Shown here: positions 1 to 10,418 of the stretch, in pieces
How positions within the stretch are numbered: the stretch's first letter is position 1
Layout: the number at the start of each line of letters is the position of its first letter
Source of the DNA: Phaeodactylibacter sp.
Lineage (GTDB): Bacteria; Bacteroidota; Bacteroidia; Chitinophagales; Saprospiraceae
DNA length: 64,000 nucleotides
Reading direction: 5' to 3'
Assembly (NCBI RefSeq): GCF_022763345.1
Contig: NZ_JALEGS010000021.1
Coordinates: 35,083 to 99,082 of the forward strand
Program-made: the position numbers and the translations under genes
Notes under the pieces: generated by a model
What the model saw: only the letters and a program-made list of their open reading frames with translations
Database searches by the model: none
What the model was told of the DNA's origin: nothing

Positions 1-1
1 T

Positions 2-910
2 ATCAAAGTGTTCCGCAAAAACAAGGAAGGCCTACGCGGTACCTTCAAAGTGCTGGGGCAGATTGGATTAGGGCTATTGATTGCTCTGACGATGATCCAC
101 AGTGAAGACATCGTAGTTCGCCTTGAAGTAGACGAAGCAGCCGAGTTGGGATATACCGAAATGGTGGGTGATACCATCCACGTCCCCGCAGACCTGGCCT
201 ACGTTGGGCCTGCGGAAAAAGGCGATTACAAAGCCAACCTGACCAACGTCCCCTTCCTTAAAGGCAATCGCCTGGATTATGCCTGGCTGATGCCGATTCA
301 GGAGCCTTCTGCCTCGCGCTGGGTATGGTTGTTGTTTGTGCCGCTGGTCATTTTCGTGGTCACCGCGGTTTCCAACGCTGCCAACCTTACGGATGGGCTG
401 GATGGACTGGCTACGGGCGTTTCTGGTATCATTGGTGCAGCACTCGGCATTTTTGCCTACGTTTCGGGCAATGCCATTGCGGCCAACTACCTGAATATCC
501 TGCACCTCCCGGGCACCGGAGAGCTGGTGATTTTTGCGGCCTGCTTTGTGGGGGCGACCCTGGGCTTTTTGTGGTACAATTCCTTCCCTGCTCAGATTTT
601 CATGGGCGATACCGGGAGTTTGACCCTGGGTGGCATCATCGCTGCTATGGCCATTATCCTCCGTAAAGAGCTGCTAATCCCCCTGCTGTGCGGTATTTTC
701 CTGGTGGAAAACCTATCGGTGGTGCTGCAAGTCAGCTATTTCAAATACACCAAGCGCAAATACGGCGAAGGCCGGCGCATATTCCTGATGTCCCCCCTTC
801 ATCACCACTATCAGAAAAAAGGCATGCCGGAAGTGAAAATCGTCACCCGTTTCTGGATCATCGGTATCCTGCTGGCGGTATTGACGATCATCACGCTTAA
901 AATCCGGTAG
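2..910 (+). CDS. mraY: Phospho-N-acetylmuramoyl-pentapeptide transferase (5' truncated by window edge)
   Basis: [21 protein letters not shown] and SPLHHHYQ motifs, multiple TM helices; frame open to the window start; dcw context. Confidence 0.97.
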   Translation: MKVFRKNKEGLRGTFKVLGQIGLGLLIALTMIHSEDIVVRLEVDEAAELGYTEMVGDTIHVPADLAYVGPAEKGDYKANLTNVPFLKGNRLDYAWLMPIQEPSASRWVWLLFVPLVIFVVTAVSNAANLTDGLDGLATGVSGIIGAALGIFAYVSGNAIAANYLNILHLPGTGELVIFAACFVGATLGFLWYNSFPAQIFMGDTGSLTLGGIIAAMAIILRKELLIPLLCGIFLVENLSVVLQVSYFKYTKRKYGEGRRIFLMSPLHHHYQKKGMPEVKIVTRFWIIGILLAVLTIITLKIR

Positions 911-1001
911 TCACCAACACATTACACAAATAAACAAATATGCACCAGAATCACCTTAGCTGTGGTTCTGGTTTCGGTATATGACCGGAAAATGCTGGAA
1001 T

Positions 1002-2306
1002 ATGAAAAACATCGTCATACTCGGAGCCGGGGAAAGTGGTGTAGGCGCTGCCCTGCTGGCCCAACAAAACAGGCACCATGTCTTTGTCTCCGACCGCGGG
1101 GGCATTGCAGAGAAATACAAGCGTGAGCTGGAAAGCCACGGCATTGCATACGAAGAAGGGCAACACACCCGGGAGCGTATCCTGCAGGCCGACGAGGTGA
1201 TCAAAAGCCCGGGCATTCCCGATCACGTACCTTTAATAAAGGAACTGGTTAGCAAAGGCATACCGGTTATTGCTGAAATTGAATACGCGGCCCGCTACCA
1301 CCAATCAAAAGTGATGGGTATTACGGGCAGCAACGGAAAAACCACCACCACCCGCCTGGCTTTCCACCTCCTGCAAACCGCAGGTTTTGATGTGGAAATG
1401 GGCGGTAATGTCGGCAAAAGCTTTGCCCGCTGCCTCACGGAGCCCCACCGGGCTTACTACGTGCTGGAGTTGAGCAGCTTTCAGCTGGATGGCATCGTGG
1501 ACTTCCGGCCGGATATTGGGATGATCCTTAATATCTCGCCGGACCACCTCGACCGCTACGATTACAAAATGGAAAATTACATCCGGTCTAAATTCCGGAT
1601 TTCCATGAATCAGCGGCCGGAAGATGTCTTCCTGTATCAGGCAAAGAATGAGCATATCGCTGCTTTTCTGCCGGAGCACGACATTCGGGCAGAAGCGCTG
1701 CCGATGCTGCGGGCGGCCCTCACGGAGAATGGCTTTATAGCTGGCGGTCATCATTTTGACCTTCAGCCGGCTAAACTTCGGGGAGAGCACAACGCATTCA
1801 ACGCATTGTTTGCCACTACGGCAGCACTGCGGTGGGGCGCAGCGCCGGAGGCTATACAGCGAGGGCTGGAAAATTTTACTCCGGTACCGCACCGTATGGA
1901 GTTGGTGGGCACCTATCAGGGTGTGGAGTACATCAATGACAGCAAAGCCACCAACGTGGATGCGGTCTACTACGCACTCGATGCCATGCCAAAGGGCGTG
2001 GTTTGGATTGCCGGCGGGCAAGACAAAGGCAACGATTACGAGCCTCTGCTGCCGCTCGTCCGGGAAAAAGTCCGGGCAATGGTCGCACTGGGCATTGACA
2101 ATACGAAACTGAAAGCCACTTTCGAGGGCCTGGTAGACACCTTTGTGGAAGCCCGGTCGGCAGAAGAGGCGGTCGAACAGGCCGCAAGGCTGGCAAAAAA
2201 CGGAGAAAAAGTTCTTCTGTCGCCAGCGTGCGCCAGTTTCGATTTATTTAAAAATTACGAACAACGGGGCGAGCTGTTCAAAGCAGCTGTCCGACAATTA
2301 AAATAA
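1002..2306 (+). CDS. murD: UDP-MurNAc-L-Ala:D-Glu ligase
   Basis: ILGAGESG, GITGSNGKTTT, ELSSFQL, INDSKATN, LSPACASFD; ATG at 1002 (MKNIVILG) preferred over ORF-track 981. Confidence 0.97.
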   Translation: MKNIVILGAGESGVGAALLAQQNRHHVFVSDRGGIAEKYKRELESHGIAYEEGQHTRERILQADEVIKSPGIPDHVPLIKELVSKGIPVIAEIEYAARYHQSKVMGITGSNGKTTTTRLAFHLLQTAGFDVEMGGNVGKSFARCLTEPHRAYYVLELSSFQLDGIVDFRPDIGMILNISPDHLDRYDYKMENYIRSKFRISMNQRPEDVFLYQAKNEHIAAFLPEHDIRAEALPMLRAALTENGFIAGGHHFDLQPAKLRGEHNAFNALFATTAALRWGAAPEAIQRGLENFTPVPHRMELVGTYQGVEYINDSKATNVDAVYYALDAMPKGVVWIAGGQDKGNDYEPLLPLVREKVRAMVALGIDNTKLKATFEGLVDTFVEARSAEEAVEQAARLAKNGEKVLLSPACASFDLFKNYEQRGELFKAAVRQLK

Positions 2307-2316
2307 ACAGACAAGC

Positions 2317-3459
2317 ATGTCGCTAGCAACGAGAATATATGCAGAACTTCGGGGAGATCGAGCCATTTGGGCGGTGATTGCCCTGTTGGCGCTTTTCTCA
2401 GTCATGGCGGTGTACAGCTCAACGGGTACACTGGCTTACCGGGAGATGGGCGGCAACACGGAGTCCTTTCTCGTCAAGCATTTGCTGATCGTAGTGGGCG
2501 GGCTGTTCCTGACATACCTGGCGCACCTGATGCACTACATGAAGTATTCCCGTTCAGCACCTGTGCTTTTGCTGATTTCGGTCCCATTGCTGATCTACAC
2601 CATCGCCTTTGGAGCCGACATCAACGATGCTCGCCGTTGGATTGAAGTGCCCTTCGTCGGGGTGACTTTCCAAACGTCGGACTTTGCCAAGCTGGCGCTG
2701 ATCATCTACCTGGCCCGTATGATCGGTTCTAAGCAGGATTACATCAAAGACTTTCAGTCGGCTTTTGTGCCGATCATTGTGCCGGTACTCATCATCTGCG
2801 GGCTGATTGCGCCGGCGGATTTGTCGACAGCCATCCTGCTCTTTTTCACAAGCGTCATGATGATGTTTGTAGGCAGGGTTGCCTTACAGTATATCGCATT
2901 GCTGTTGTTGTTGGGCATTGTGGTGTTTGCGATGCTGGTGCTGCTTGGAGAGTTTTTTCCTGATGTGGTCCGTTCCGATACCTGGGTCAACCGGGTCCGG
3001 GAATATATGGACAACCCGGATGGTGGTTATCAGGTGCAACAGGCAAAGATTGCTATGGCCAACGGCGAATGGCTGGGCCTTGGGCCGGGGAACAGTATTC
3101 AAAGGAATTACCTGCCGTCCCCGTATTCAGACTTTATCTACGCTATTATCGTGGAGGAGTATGGCATCTTTGGTGGCTTTGCCGTCATCGGTCTTTATGT
3201 GGCTTTGTTCTTCCGGTCCACTCGTTTGGTTACCAAGAGCCCAAAAGCGTTTGGTGCCATGCTTGTGATCGGGCTGAGCATTAGTCTGGTATTGCAGGCC
3301 TTCATCAATATCGCGGTTTCGGTCCATCTTGTACCCGTTACGGGGGTGACGTTGCCGATGGTGAGTATGGGCGGTACTTCGATCCTGTTTACTTGTATCT
3401 CCTTTGGGATGATCCTGAGTGTGAGCAAGTACATTGAGACGGTTGATGGGGGAGGGTAG
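2317..3459 (+). CDS. ftsW: SEDS family cell-division peptidoglycan polymerase
   Basis: ARRWI, FQTSDFAK, SDFIYAIIVEEYG, LPMVSMGGTS; lies between murD and murG. Confidence 0.95.
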   Translation: MSLATRIYAELRGDRAIWAVIALLALFSVMAVYSSTGTLAYREMGGNTESFLVKHLLIVVGGLFLTYLAHLMHYMKYSRSAPVLLLISVPLLIYTIAFGADINDARRWIEVPFVGVTFQTSDFAKLALIIYLARMIGSKQDYIKDFQSAFVPIIVPVLIICGLIAPADLSTAILLFFTSVMMMFVGRVALQYIALLLLLGIVVFAMLVLLGEFFPDVVRSDTWVNRVREYMDNPDGGYQVQQAKIAMANGEWLGLGPGNSIQRNYLPSPYSDFIYAIIVEEYGIFGGFAVIGLYVALFFRSTRLVTKSPKAFGAMLVIGLSISLVLQAFINIAVSVHLVPVTGVTLPMVSMGGTSILFTCISFGMILSVSKYIETVDGGG

Positions 3460-3545
3460 TGGTTTAGAGTTTAAGGGGTAGGGTTTAGAAAAAGCATTGA
3501 AAAAGCCGAGTCGAGTACGAAGGCTGATCTTAGAGGAATAAATTA

Positions 3546-4703
3546 TTGAAAGTGGCCATAGAAAAAGAAAAGCCGGGGGAAAGTTCCCCAACCTCAACGC
3601 CCAGGATTATCATATCCGGAGGGGGGACCGGTGGCCACATTTTCCCGGCTATTGCCATCGCTGATGCGGTAAAAGCCATAGCACCGGAAGCAGACATCCG
3701 GTTTGTCGGGGCGAAAGGAAAAATGGAGATGGAGAAAGTCCCCAAAGCGGGCTATCCCATCGAAGGGCTGTGGATCAGCGGATTCCAGCGAAAATTGACA
3801 TTACGGAACTTGAGTTTCCCTTTTAAGCTCATCAGCAGTTTGTGGCGGTCGCGGCGGATCATCCGGCGTTTTCGGCCACAGGTAGCTGTGGGCGTGGGAG
3901 GGTACGCAAGCGGGCCTTTGTTGCAGGTCGCGAACAGCCGGGGCATTCCAACCCTGCTGCAGGAGCAAAATTCCTTCCCGGGTATCACCAACCGTTTACT
4001 GGGCGGGAAAGCGGACAGGATTTGCGTGGCTTACGAAGGCATGGACCGGTTTTTTCCGGCAGAAAAGCTGTTGCTCACCGGCAATCCGGTTAGGGCGCAG
4101 TTGCAGGATCTCCGGGCGACCCGGGAGGAAGGCGCGAAGCACTTCGGATTTAATCCGGCAAAACCCATCCTGTTCGTTTTTGGCGGAAGCCTGGGGGCAC
4201 GGTCGATCAATGAAGCGATGGCCGCGAATGCCGAAGCGCTGAAAGCCCGGCCCGATGTACAGGTGCTCTGGCAGGTAGGCAAGCTTTACAAAGCCACCTT
4301 CACCGCTTGCGAAACGGCACAGTTGCCCAACGTGAAAGCACAGGCTTTCATCGACGGCATGGACCTGGCCTACGCGATGGCGGACGTCATCGTTGCCCGC
4401 TCCGGTGCCCTGACGATCTCAGAACTGCAATTTGCCGGGAAACCGGCGATTTTCATACCCTCCCCAAACGTGGCGGAGGACCACCAAAGCAAAAATGCAC
4501 AGGCTTTAGTTCGTAAAGATGCTGCCCTGATGATTCCGGATGCAGCAGCCAACGACCGAATCCTGAAGGATGCCATTGCTTTGATTGATGATGAGGAAAG
4601 GCGCCAAACGCTGAGCGCTAACATCAAAAAACTGGCACAACCGGATGCAGCAGGGCGGATTGCCCGCGAAGTGCTCCGGCTGGCCCAATCGGCAAAGCCA
4701 TAA
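3546..4703 (+). CDS. murG: Undecaprenyl-PP-MurNAc-pentapeptide GlcNAc transferase
   Basis: SGGGTGGHIFPA, GVGGYAS, GGSLGA, SELQ motifs; exact start uncertain (TTG 3546 or a nearby GTG). Confidence 0.97.
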   Translation: MKVAIEKEKPGESSPTSTPRIIISGGGTGGHIFPAIAIADAVKAIAPEADIRFVGAKGKMEMEKVPKAGYPIEGLWISGFQRKLTLRNLSFPFKLISSLWRSRRIIRRFRPQVAVGVGGYASGPLLQVANSRGIPTLLQEQNSFPGITNRLLGGKADRICVAYEGMDRFFPAEKLLLTGNPVRAQLQDLRATREEGAKHFGFNPAKPILFVFGGSLGARSINEAMAANAEALKARPDVQVLWQVGKLYKATFTACETAQLPNVKAQAFIDGMDLAYAMADVIVARSGALTISELQFAGKPAIFIPSPNVAEDHQSKNAQALVRKDAALMIPDAAANDRILKDAIALIDDEERRQTLSANIKKLAQPDAAGRIAREVLRLAQSAKP

Positions 4704-4706
4704 CCG

Positions 4707-6062
4707 ATGGACTTGAAAAGCATACAAACCGTGTACTTCATCGGAGTGGGAGGGATTGGCATGAGTGCCATCGCCCGCTACTTCAACGGCAGAGGTGCCA
4801 AAGTACTCGGCTACGATAAAACCTCAACCGAGCTAACCAGAACGCTGGCAGCAGAAGGCATTGACATACATTACGAAGAGGACGTCTCCCGTATTCCGGA
4901 GGGCGTGGACCTGGTGGTTTACACTCCGGCAGTGCCTGACACGCATGCGGAGTTGCAGTACTTCCGGCAGCAGGGCACGCCCATCAAAAAGCGGGCCGAA
5001 GTGCTGGGCATCATCAGCCGGGGTATGAAAGCGATTGCCATCGCGGGTACGCATGGCAAGACCACGACGACTACGCTGACGACCTATCTCCTACGGGAGT
5101 GTGGGATTGACTGTACGGCTTTTCTCGGCGGTATTGCCCTTGATTTCGAGACCAACTTCGTGGAAGGGCAATCAGAATGGGTGGTTGTGGAAGCCGATGA
5201 ATACGACCGGTCTTTCCTGCACCTGAGCCCCAATATTGCGGTTGTCCTTTCTATGGATGCGGACCACCTTGATATCTACGGCGACCGGGCGTCTTTGCAC
5301 GAGACCGGATTCCGGGCTTTCGCCAAAAAACTGGAGCCGGGTGGTAAGCTGTACTTGCAGCACCGCTGGGCAGCAGAGATGGGGAATGTACCCGGGCTGG
5401 AGCTTTTTGGAGTGGAAGGTGGCAGCTACCGCGCAGATCATATCCGCGTGGAAGACGGCTACTTTACCTTCGATTACCACAGCCCGGCGCACCGGCTTGA
5501 AGGACTCCAACTGAGCCTGCCTGGCCGGCACAACGTCGAAAATGCAACAGCAGCCATCACGGTGGCTTTGCAGCTGGGCGGTAAAGGAGAAGATATCCGG
5601 CGGGCCTTGCGCAGTTTCCGGGGCATCCGGCGGCGGTTTGAATTTTTGCACCGCAGCGAAAACCGGGCCTATATCGATGATTATGCCCATCATCCGGAAG
5701 AACTGCAGGCCGCAATCGGAGCAGCAAAAGAGCTGTTTCCGGACCGTGAAGTGACTGGCATTTTTCAACCACACCTGTTCTCGCGTACGCGGGACTTCGT
5801 GGGTGGATTCGCCCGGGCGCTGGAGCAGCTGGATGAAATCTGGCTGATGGATATTTACCCGGCCCGCGAAGCACCGATTCCCGGGGTGGACAGTGCCTGG
5901 TTGTTTGACAAAATAAACCACCCCCGCAAGCATTTGGTGCAGGCGGAGGAGATACTCCCACTGGTTCAGGAGCGGCAGCCCAAAGTGTTGCTGACCCTTG
6001 GTGCAGGTGATATTGATTTACTCAGAAACCCCTTGAAGGACTACTTCGGGGGAAAAGCATAA
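4707..6062 (+). CDS. murC: UDP-N-acetylmuramate--L-alanine ligase
   Basis: FIGVGGIGMSA, AGTHGKTTT, EADEYDRSF, DDYAHHP, FQPHLFSRT. Confidence 0.97.
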   Translation: MDLKSIQTVYFIGVGGIGMSAIARYFNGRGAKVLGYDKTSTELTRTLAAEGIDIHYEEDVSRIPEGVDLVVYTPAVPDTHAELQYFRQQGTPIKKRAEVLGIISRGMKAIAIAGTHGKTTTTTLTTYLLRECGIDCTAFLGGIALDFETNFVEGQSEWVVVEADEYDRSFLHLSPNIAVVLSMDADHLDIYGDRASLHETGFRAFAKKLEPGGKLYLQHRWAAEMGNVPGLELFGVEGGSYRADHIRVEDGYFTFDYHSPAHRLEGLQLSLPGRHNVENATAAITVALQLGGKGEDIRRALRSFRGIRRRFEFLHRSENRAYIDDYAHHPEELQAAIGAAKELFPDREVTGIFQPHLFSRTRDFVGGFARALEQLDEIWLMDIYPAREAPIPGVDSAWLFDKINHPRKHLVQAEEILPLVQERQPKVLLTLGAGDIDLLRNPLKDYFGGKA

Positions 6063-6066
6063 GAAA

Positions 6067-6864
6067 ATGGCGATACCGCTACTACAAAATATGGACCCTA
6101 AAACGCAGCGGATGCTTCGGCGCATCGGCTGGGTAGTCCTGTTTTTGGGCGTGCTGGTGATCTACATTTCGGCCGTGGAACAGAAAGGCGGCAGTGCGGT
6201 AAAGGATGTCATAGTTAATATTGAGCCGCTGCCCGATGGGAACAGCCTGTTGGCAGATGCTGATGTGAGAGACGCTATAGAACGGGCTTTTGACAAACCA
6301 CTAAAAGGACAGTCGTTGTCAGACATCGATATCGAGCGCCTGGAGCAGGTCCTGGAGGCAGAGCCTTTTATTTTGGATGCAGAGGCCTATGTGACGGCAG
6401 GCAATCATATCGTCATCGACATCAACCCCAGGGAGCCGATTCTGCGGGTGATTGACAATAACGGGTACAATTACTACCTGGACCGGGATGGTATACAAAT
6501 GCCCCTCTCGGATCATTTCACCGCAAAAGTGCTGGTGGCTACCGGTAGTTTGCCAACTTACAATGAGACCTTCCTGGAGCGCAAACGCAACCGGCTGAAG
6601 GACGCCTTTTTACTGGCGCAGCTCATTTTGAGTGATCCGTTCCTGGCGCCTTTGTCAGAACAGATTTATTTCGACAGCCGCGGGAAGATCACCCTGGTGC
6701 CGAAGATTGGCAGTGACCGCATTGAATTTGGAAGCTTTGAAGACGCCCGCAGTAAGCTGCGTCGGATCAAAATATTTTACAAGGAAGTGCTGCCCTACAC
6801 CGGGTGGCGCACCTACAATGAGATTAGTGTTGCCTATGATGACCAGGTGGTCGGGCGCAAGTAA
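6067..6864 (+). CDS. ftsQ: Cell division protein FtsQ/DivIB (Bacteroidota type)
   Basis: Single N-terminal TM, POTRA-like region (IDIERLEQVLEAEPFILDAEAY), C-terminal YDDQVVG; between murC and ftsA. Confidence 0.88.
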   Translation: MAIPLLQNMDPKTQRMLRRIGWVVLFLGVLVIYISAVEQKGGSAVKDVIVNIEPLPDGNSLLADADVRDAIERAFDKPLKGQSLSDIDIERLEQVLEAEPFILDAEAYVTAGNHIVIDINPREPILRVIDNNGYNYYLDRDGIQMPLSDHFTAKVLVATGSLPTYNETFLERKRNRLKDAFLLAQLILSDPFLAPLSEQIYFDSRGKITLVPKIGSDRIEFGSFEDARSKLRRIKIFYKEVLPYTGWRTYNEISVAYDDQVVGRK

Positions 6865-6888
6865 TTTGAAAACGAAAACTACAGTTAA

Positions 6889-8211
6889 ATGATACCCATG
6901 AGTGAGACCAATGTAAACAAATCGGAAATCATTGTTGCGCTCGATATCGGGACAACAAAAATCTGTGCTATCGCGGGCCGCCGGGATGAGCATGGTAAAA
7001 TTGAGGTGCTGGGCTTTGGCAAAGTCGCCTCCGAGGGCGTACTGCGCGGCGTAGTGTCGAATATTGAAAAGACCGTTAAGGCCATTGCAGAAGCGGTGAA
7101 CATGGCGCAGCGTACTGCCGGGCAGACCTTCAAGGTGGTGCACGTGGGTATTGCCGGGCAGCACATCAAGAGCTTGCAGCACCGGGGCATCCTTACCCGG
7201 GACTCAGATCATACCGAAATCAGCCGCCGGGATATCGACCGGCTGATCAGCGATATGTTCAAGTTGGTACTGCCTCCGGGTGACAAGATTTTGCACGTTA
7301 TTCCACAGGAATACACGGTAGATAACGAGCAGGGGATTACCGATCCTATTGGGATGTCCGGCATTCGTCTGGAAGCCAACTTCCACATCATTACCGGGCA
7401 GATTTCTGCATCCAACAACATCCATCGCTGCGTAGAGCGCACCGGGCTGAAAGTGGCGAATATGACCCTTGAGCCTATTGCTTCCGCTTCAGCAGTGCTG
7501 AGTGAGGAAGAGAAAGAAGCCGGCGTGGCACTTGTAGACATCGGTGGCGGCACCACAGATATCACCATCTTCCAGGAAGGCATCATCCGGCATACGGCTG
7601 TTATTCCATTCGGTGGCAATGTGATCACCAAAGACATCAAGGAAGGCTGTACCGTGATGAAGCCACAGGCGGAGAAACTGAAAGTAAAGTTTGGCTCCGC
7701 ACTGGCAGAGGAAGTATACGACAACCGGATTATCTCCATTCCCGGCCTGCGCGGTCAGGACCACAAGGAGATTTCCGAAAAGAACCTCGCGCGCATTATT
7801 CAGGCACGGGTAGAGGAAATCCTGGACTATGTGATCTGGGAAATCCGCCGTTCCGGCTTTGAGCGCAAGCTTATTGGCGGCATCGTGCTGACGGGTGGAG
7901 GAGCGCTGCTCAACCACATCGACAAGCTTTCCGAGTACCACACGGGCATGAGTACCCGCATTGGCACGCCGGTGGAGCATCTGGCGCACGGGTACCATGA
8001 GCACCTGAGCAGCCCGATTTATTCTACTGGTGTGGGCTTGCTCATCAAGGGGCTGGACGACCTGGAAGCAGGGCTCATCCCGGCGCAAGCTGAAGAACCT
8101 GCCGAAGAAGAAGTTACGGTAGAGAAAGAACCGGCAGGCAGCAACTGGTACGATCAGCTTTTCAAGCGCACGAAAGAGTGGTTTGAGGCTGAGCCGGATA
8201 ACGAATTCTAG
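6889..8211 (+). CDS. ftsA: Cell division protein FtsA
   Basis: ALDIGTTKI, LVDIGGGTTD, IVLTGGGA actin-fold motifs; start may be ATG 6898. Confidence 0.97.
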   Translation: MIPMSETNVNKSEIIVALDIGTTKICAIAGRRDEHGKIEVLGFGKVASEGVLRGVVSNIEKTVKAIAEAVNMAQRTAGQTFKVVHVGIAGQHIKSLQHRGILTRDSDHTEISRRDIDRLISDMFKLVLPPGDKILHVIPQEYTVDNEQGITDPIGMSGIRLEANFHIITGQISASNNIHRCVERTGLKVANMTLEPIASASAVLSEEEKEAGVALVDIGGGTTDITIFQEGIIRHTAVIPFGGNVITKDIKEGCTVMKPQAEKLKVKFGSALAEEVYDNRIISIPGLRGQDHKEISEKNLARIIQARVEEILDYVIWEIRRSGFERKLIGGIVLTGGGALLNHIDKLSEYHTGMSTRIGTPVEHLAHGYHEHLSSPIYSTGVGLLIKGLDDLEAGLIPAQAEEPAEEEVTVEKEPAGSNWYDQLFKRTKEWFEAEPDNEF

Positions 8212-8379
8212 ATCTGGTCCAATTAGCCAGCAAGCAAACCTTGTTCCGGAGCGGGAGGGACGCCCGGGGCCGGAACAGGGTGCAATAAACAACAAACGAA
8301 CGCTGATACTTCAATTAACCATGTTGGGTCCAGGCAAAGCGCAGCAGGAAAGCCCAGCAGAACAAAAAAACAAGCAGTT

Positions 8380-9834
8380 ATGGTATTTGATTTGCCAAAA
8401 GATGAAAGCCCGATAATTAAAGTACTGGGCGTGGGCGGCGGCGGCAGCAACGCCGTGACGCACATGTTCCGGCAGGGCATCGTAGGGGTTGACTTTGCGA
8501 TTTGCAATACCGATTCACAAGCCATGGAACTCAGCCCGGTGACTACCCGCATTCAGTTGGGGCCTAACCTGACTGAGGGCCGGGGTGCCGGTTCAAAGCC
8601 CAATATTGGCAAAATGGCCTGCGAAGAATCCATTGAAGCCGTTAAAGCTTATCTGGAGAATAACTGCCGCATGCTCTTTATCACAGCGGGCATGGGCGGT
8701 GGTACCGGTACGGGTGCAGCTCCGATCATTGCCAAAACAGCTAAGGAAATGGATATCCTTACCGTGGGTATCGTGACGCTGCCTTTCACTTTTGAGGGGC
8801 GCCGCCGTACTTCTCAGGGTTCTGAAGGCCTGGAGGAGCTGAAAAAGAACGTCGATACCCTCATCGTCATTTCCAACGATAAACTGCGGCAAATCCATGG
8901 CAACCTGTCCATCTCTGATGCTTTCGCGGAAGCAGACGACATCCTGACCACGGCAGCCAAGGGCATCGCGGAGATCATCACCGTGCCGGGATACGTAAAC
9001 GTGGACTTTGAGGACGTCAACACTGTTATGCGCGAAAGCGGTGTGGCCATCATGGGGACTGCCTCTGCGGAAGGGGAAGACCGGGCCAAGCGGGCCGTGG
9101 ACGATGCCCTGCATTCTCCGCTGCTTGAGGATAACGACATCCGTGGTGCACAGCATATCCTGCTCAATATCACTTCTGGTACGAAGGAGGTCACAATGGA
9201 CGAGATCTTTGAGATCACTGAATTTGTGCAAGAGGAGGCCGGATACGGTACAGACCTGATCTGGGGTAACTGTTACGACGAAGAGCTGGGCGAGAAGATC
9301 AGTGTGACAGTTATCGCCACCGGTTTTGAGCACAATAAGCAGAAAAAGGCGAATAAAGTTGCCGACGACAAGGTCGTCGTTGCGCTGGATGAAGATCAGC
9401 CCAAACCGGTTGAGGACCAGCCAAAAAAAAAGGGCCTGGCCGATATTGGGTATGAGCCTTCCGGCAATGGACGGCACACGGTAGAGTTTGATGATGTGCG
9501 CGAAACCATTGCGAAGTACCAGAGCCGTGGCCGGTACTCTTACGATGAGCCTTACGTAAATGCAGAAGGGGGCGAGGTCTCTGATGAAGACCGGGACAAA
9601 TTCCTGGAAAGAGAACGTAAACGTCGCGAACGCCTGCGCAACAATCGCGTCAAGCTAAGCAACCCACAGGCTATCATCGAACTGGAAAACGAGCCGGCCT
9701 ACTTGCGCCGGGGTGTGAATCTGGATAATGTGCCGGATTCCAAGGAAGAGCCACATTCCACCTGGAGCATCAACGATGATGATGAGCTGGAGGTCCGTGG
9801 CGGCAATTCCTTCCTTCACGATAATGTAGATTAG
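8380..9834 (+). CDS. ftsZ: Cell division protein FtsZ
   Basis: GVGGGGSNA, tubulin signature GMGGGTGTG, NVDFEDV, C-terminal NSFLHDNVD. Confidence 0.98.
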   Translation: MVFDLPKDESPIIKVLGVGGGGSNAVTHMFRQGIVGVDFAICNTDSQAMELSPVTTRIQLGPNLTEGRGAGSKPNIGKMACEESIEAVKAYLENNCRMLFITAGMGGGTGTGAAPIIAKTAKEMDILTVGIVTLPFTFEGRRRTSQGSEGLEELKKNVDTLIVISNDKLRQIHGNLSISDAFAEADDILTTAAKGIAEIITVPGYVNVDFEDVNTVMRESGVAIMGTASAEGEDRAKRAVDDALHSPLLEDNDIRGAQHILLNITSGTKEVTMDEIFEITEFVQEEAGYGTDLIWGNCYDEELGEKISVTVIATGFEHNKQKKANKVADDKVVVALDEDQPKPVEDQPKKKGLADIGYEPSGNGRHTVEFDDVRETIAKYQSRGRYSYDEPYVNAEGGEVSDEDRDKFLERERKRRERLRNNRVKLSNPQAIIELENEPAYLRRGVNLDNVPDSKEEPHSTWSINDDDELEVRGGNSFLHDNVD

Positions 9835-9872
9835 GCGAAAGCCTGATTTTCGAGATACTTTTGCTTTCGTAG

Positions 9873-9907
9873 GCGGCTTGACTCAAATGGGGTTAAGCCG
9901 CTTTTTT
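9873..9907 (+). terminator. Rho-independent terminator after ftsZ
   Basis: gcggcttgac / gttaagccgc stem followed by tttttt. Confidence 0.8.
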
Positions 9908-9983
9908 GTTGAAGTTTTTTGAGGAAATACATGAACAAAATACTGGGTTCAGAGTTATACCATTGAATTTTGAATCAAAACCA

Positions 9984-10283
9984 ATGGATAACCGAAAAAT
10001 AAAATTAGCACTCACTGTAGGTATTCTGAACCAGACTGGTCAGGGCAATACGTTGCAGCTGGTCAGAAGGCTCATGAATAAGTTTCGCGCTGAGGTGGGA
10101 GACTTCCTGGGACTTCGTCAATTAGAAGATCAGGTGCTCAACCGTTCGCATACGCTACAGTCTTTCGCATTGGATTTTGAGCACTACACCCTCAATCTGG
10201 ATATCGTAAACAATCGCACCGACAATACAGAGTCCATCAACAGGCTGGAGTTTTCTGCTCCGGCATCCATGATTGCGGCTTAA
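9984..10283 (+). CDS. Hypothetical protein (~99 aa)
   Basis: ATG 9984 (MDNRKIKLA) inside ORF-track 9906..10283; bounded by terminators on both sides; no recognised family. Confidence 0.55.
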   Translation: MDNRKIKLALTVGILNQTGQGNTLQLVRRLMNKFRAEVGDFLGLRQLEDQVLNRSHTLQSFALDFEHYTLNLDIVNNRTDNTESINRLEFSAPASMIAA

Positions 10284-10360
10284 AAATATGATATAGTAGT
10301 TTTTTACGGCGCAGGCCCGATTGCATAGGGTGGCTTGCGCTATTTTATTGCCTGACCGAA

Positions 10361-10400
10361 AAAAAAGCCCCACCGAAACAACGTCGGCGGGGCTTCTCTT
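10361..10400. terminator. Probable bidirectional terminator
   Basis: A-tract, aagccccaccga / tcggcggggctt stem, T-rich tail; between convergent ORFs. Confidence 0.75.
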
Positions 10401-10418
10401 TAAATGCGTCTGTATCTT

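Noticed and set aside
140-330. Long acidic loop inserted in MraY
   Set aside because: Bacteroidota MraY proteins commonly carry a variable periplasmic loop before the T.(I/V)PF.K motif
9330-9834. Very long charged C-terminal region of FtsZ
   Set aside because: A long linker ending in NSFLHDNVD is normal for this phylum
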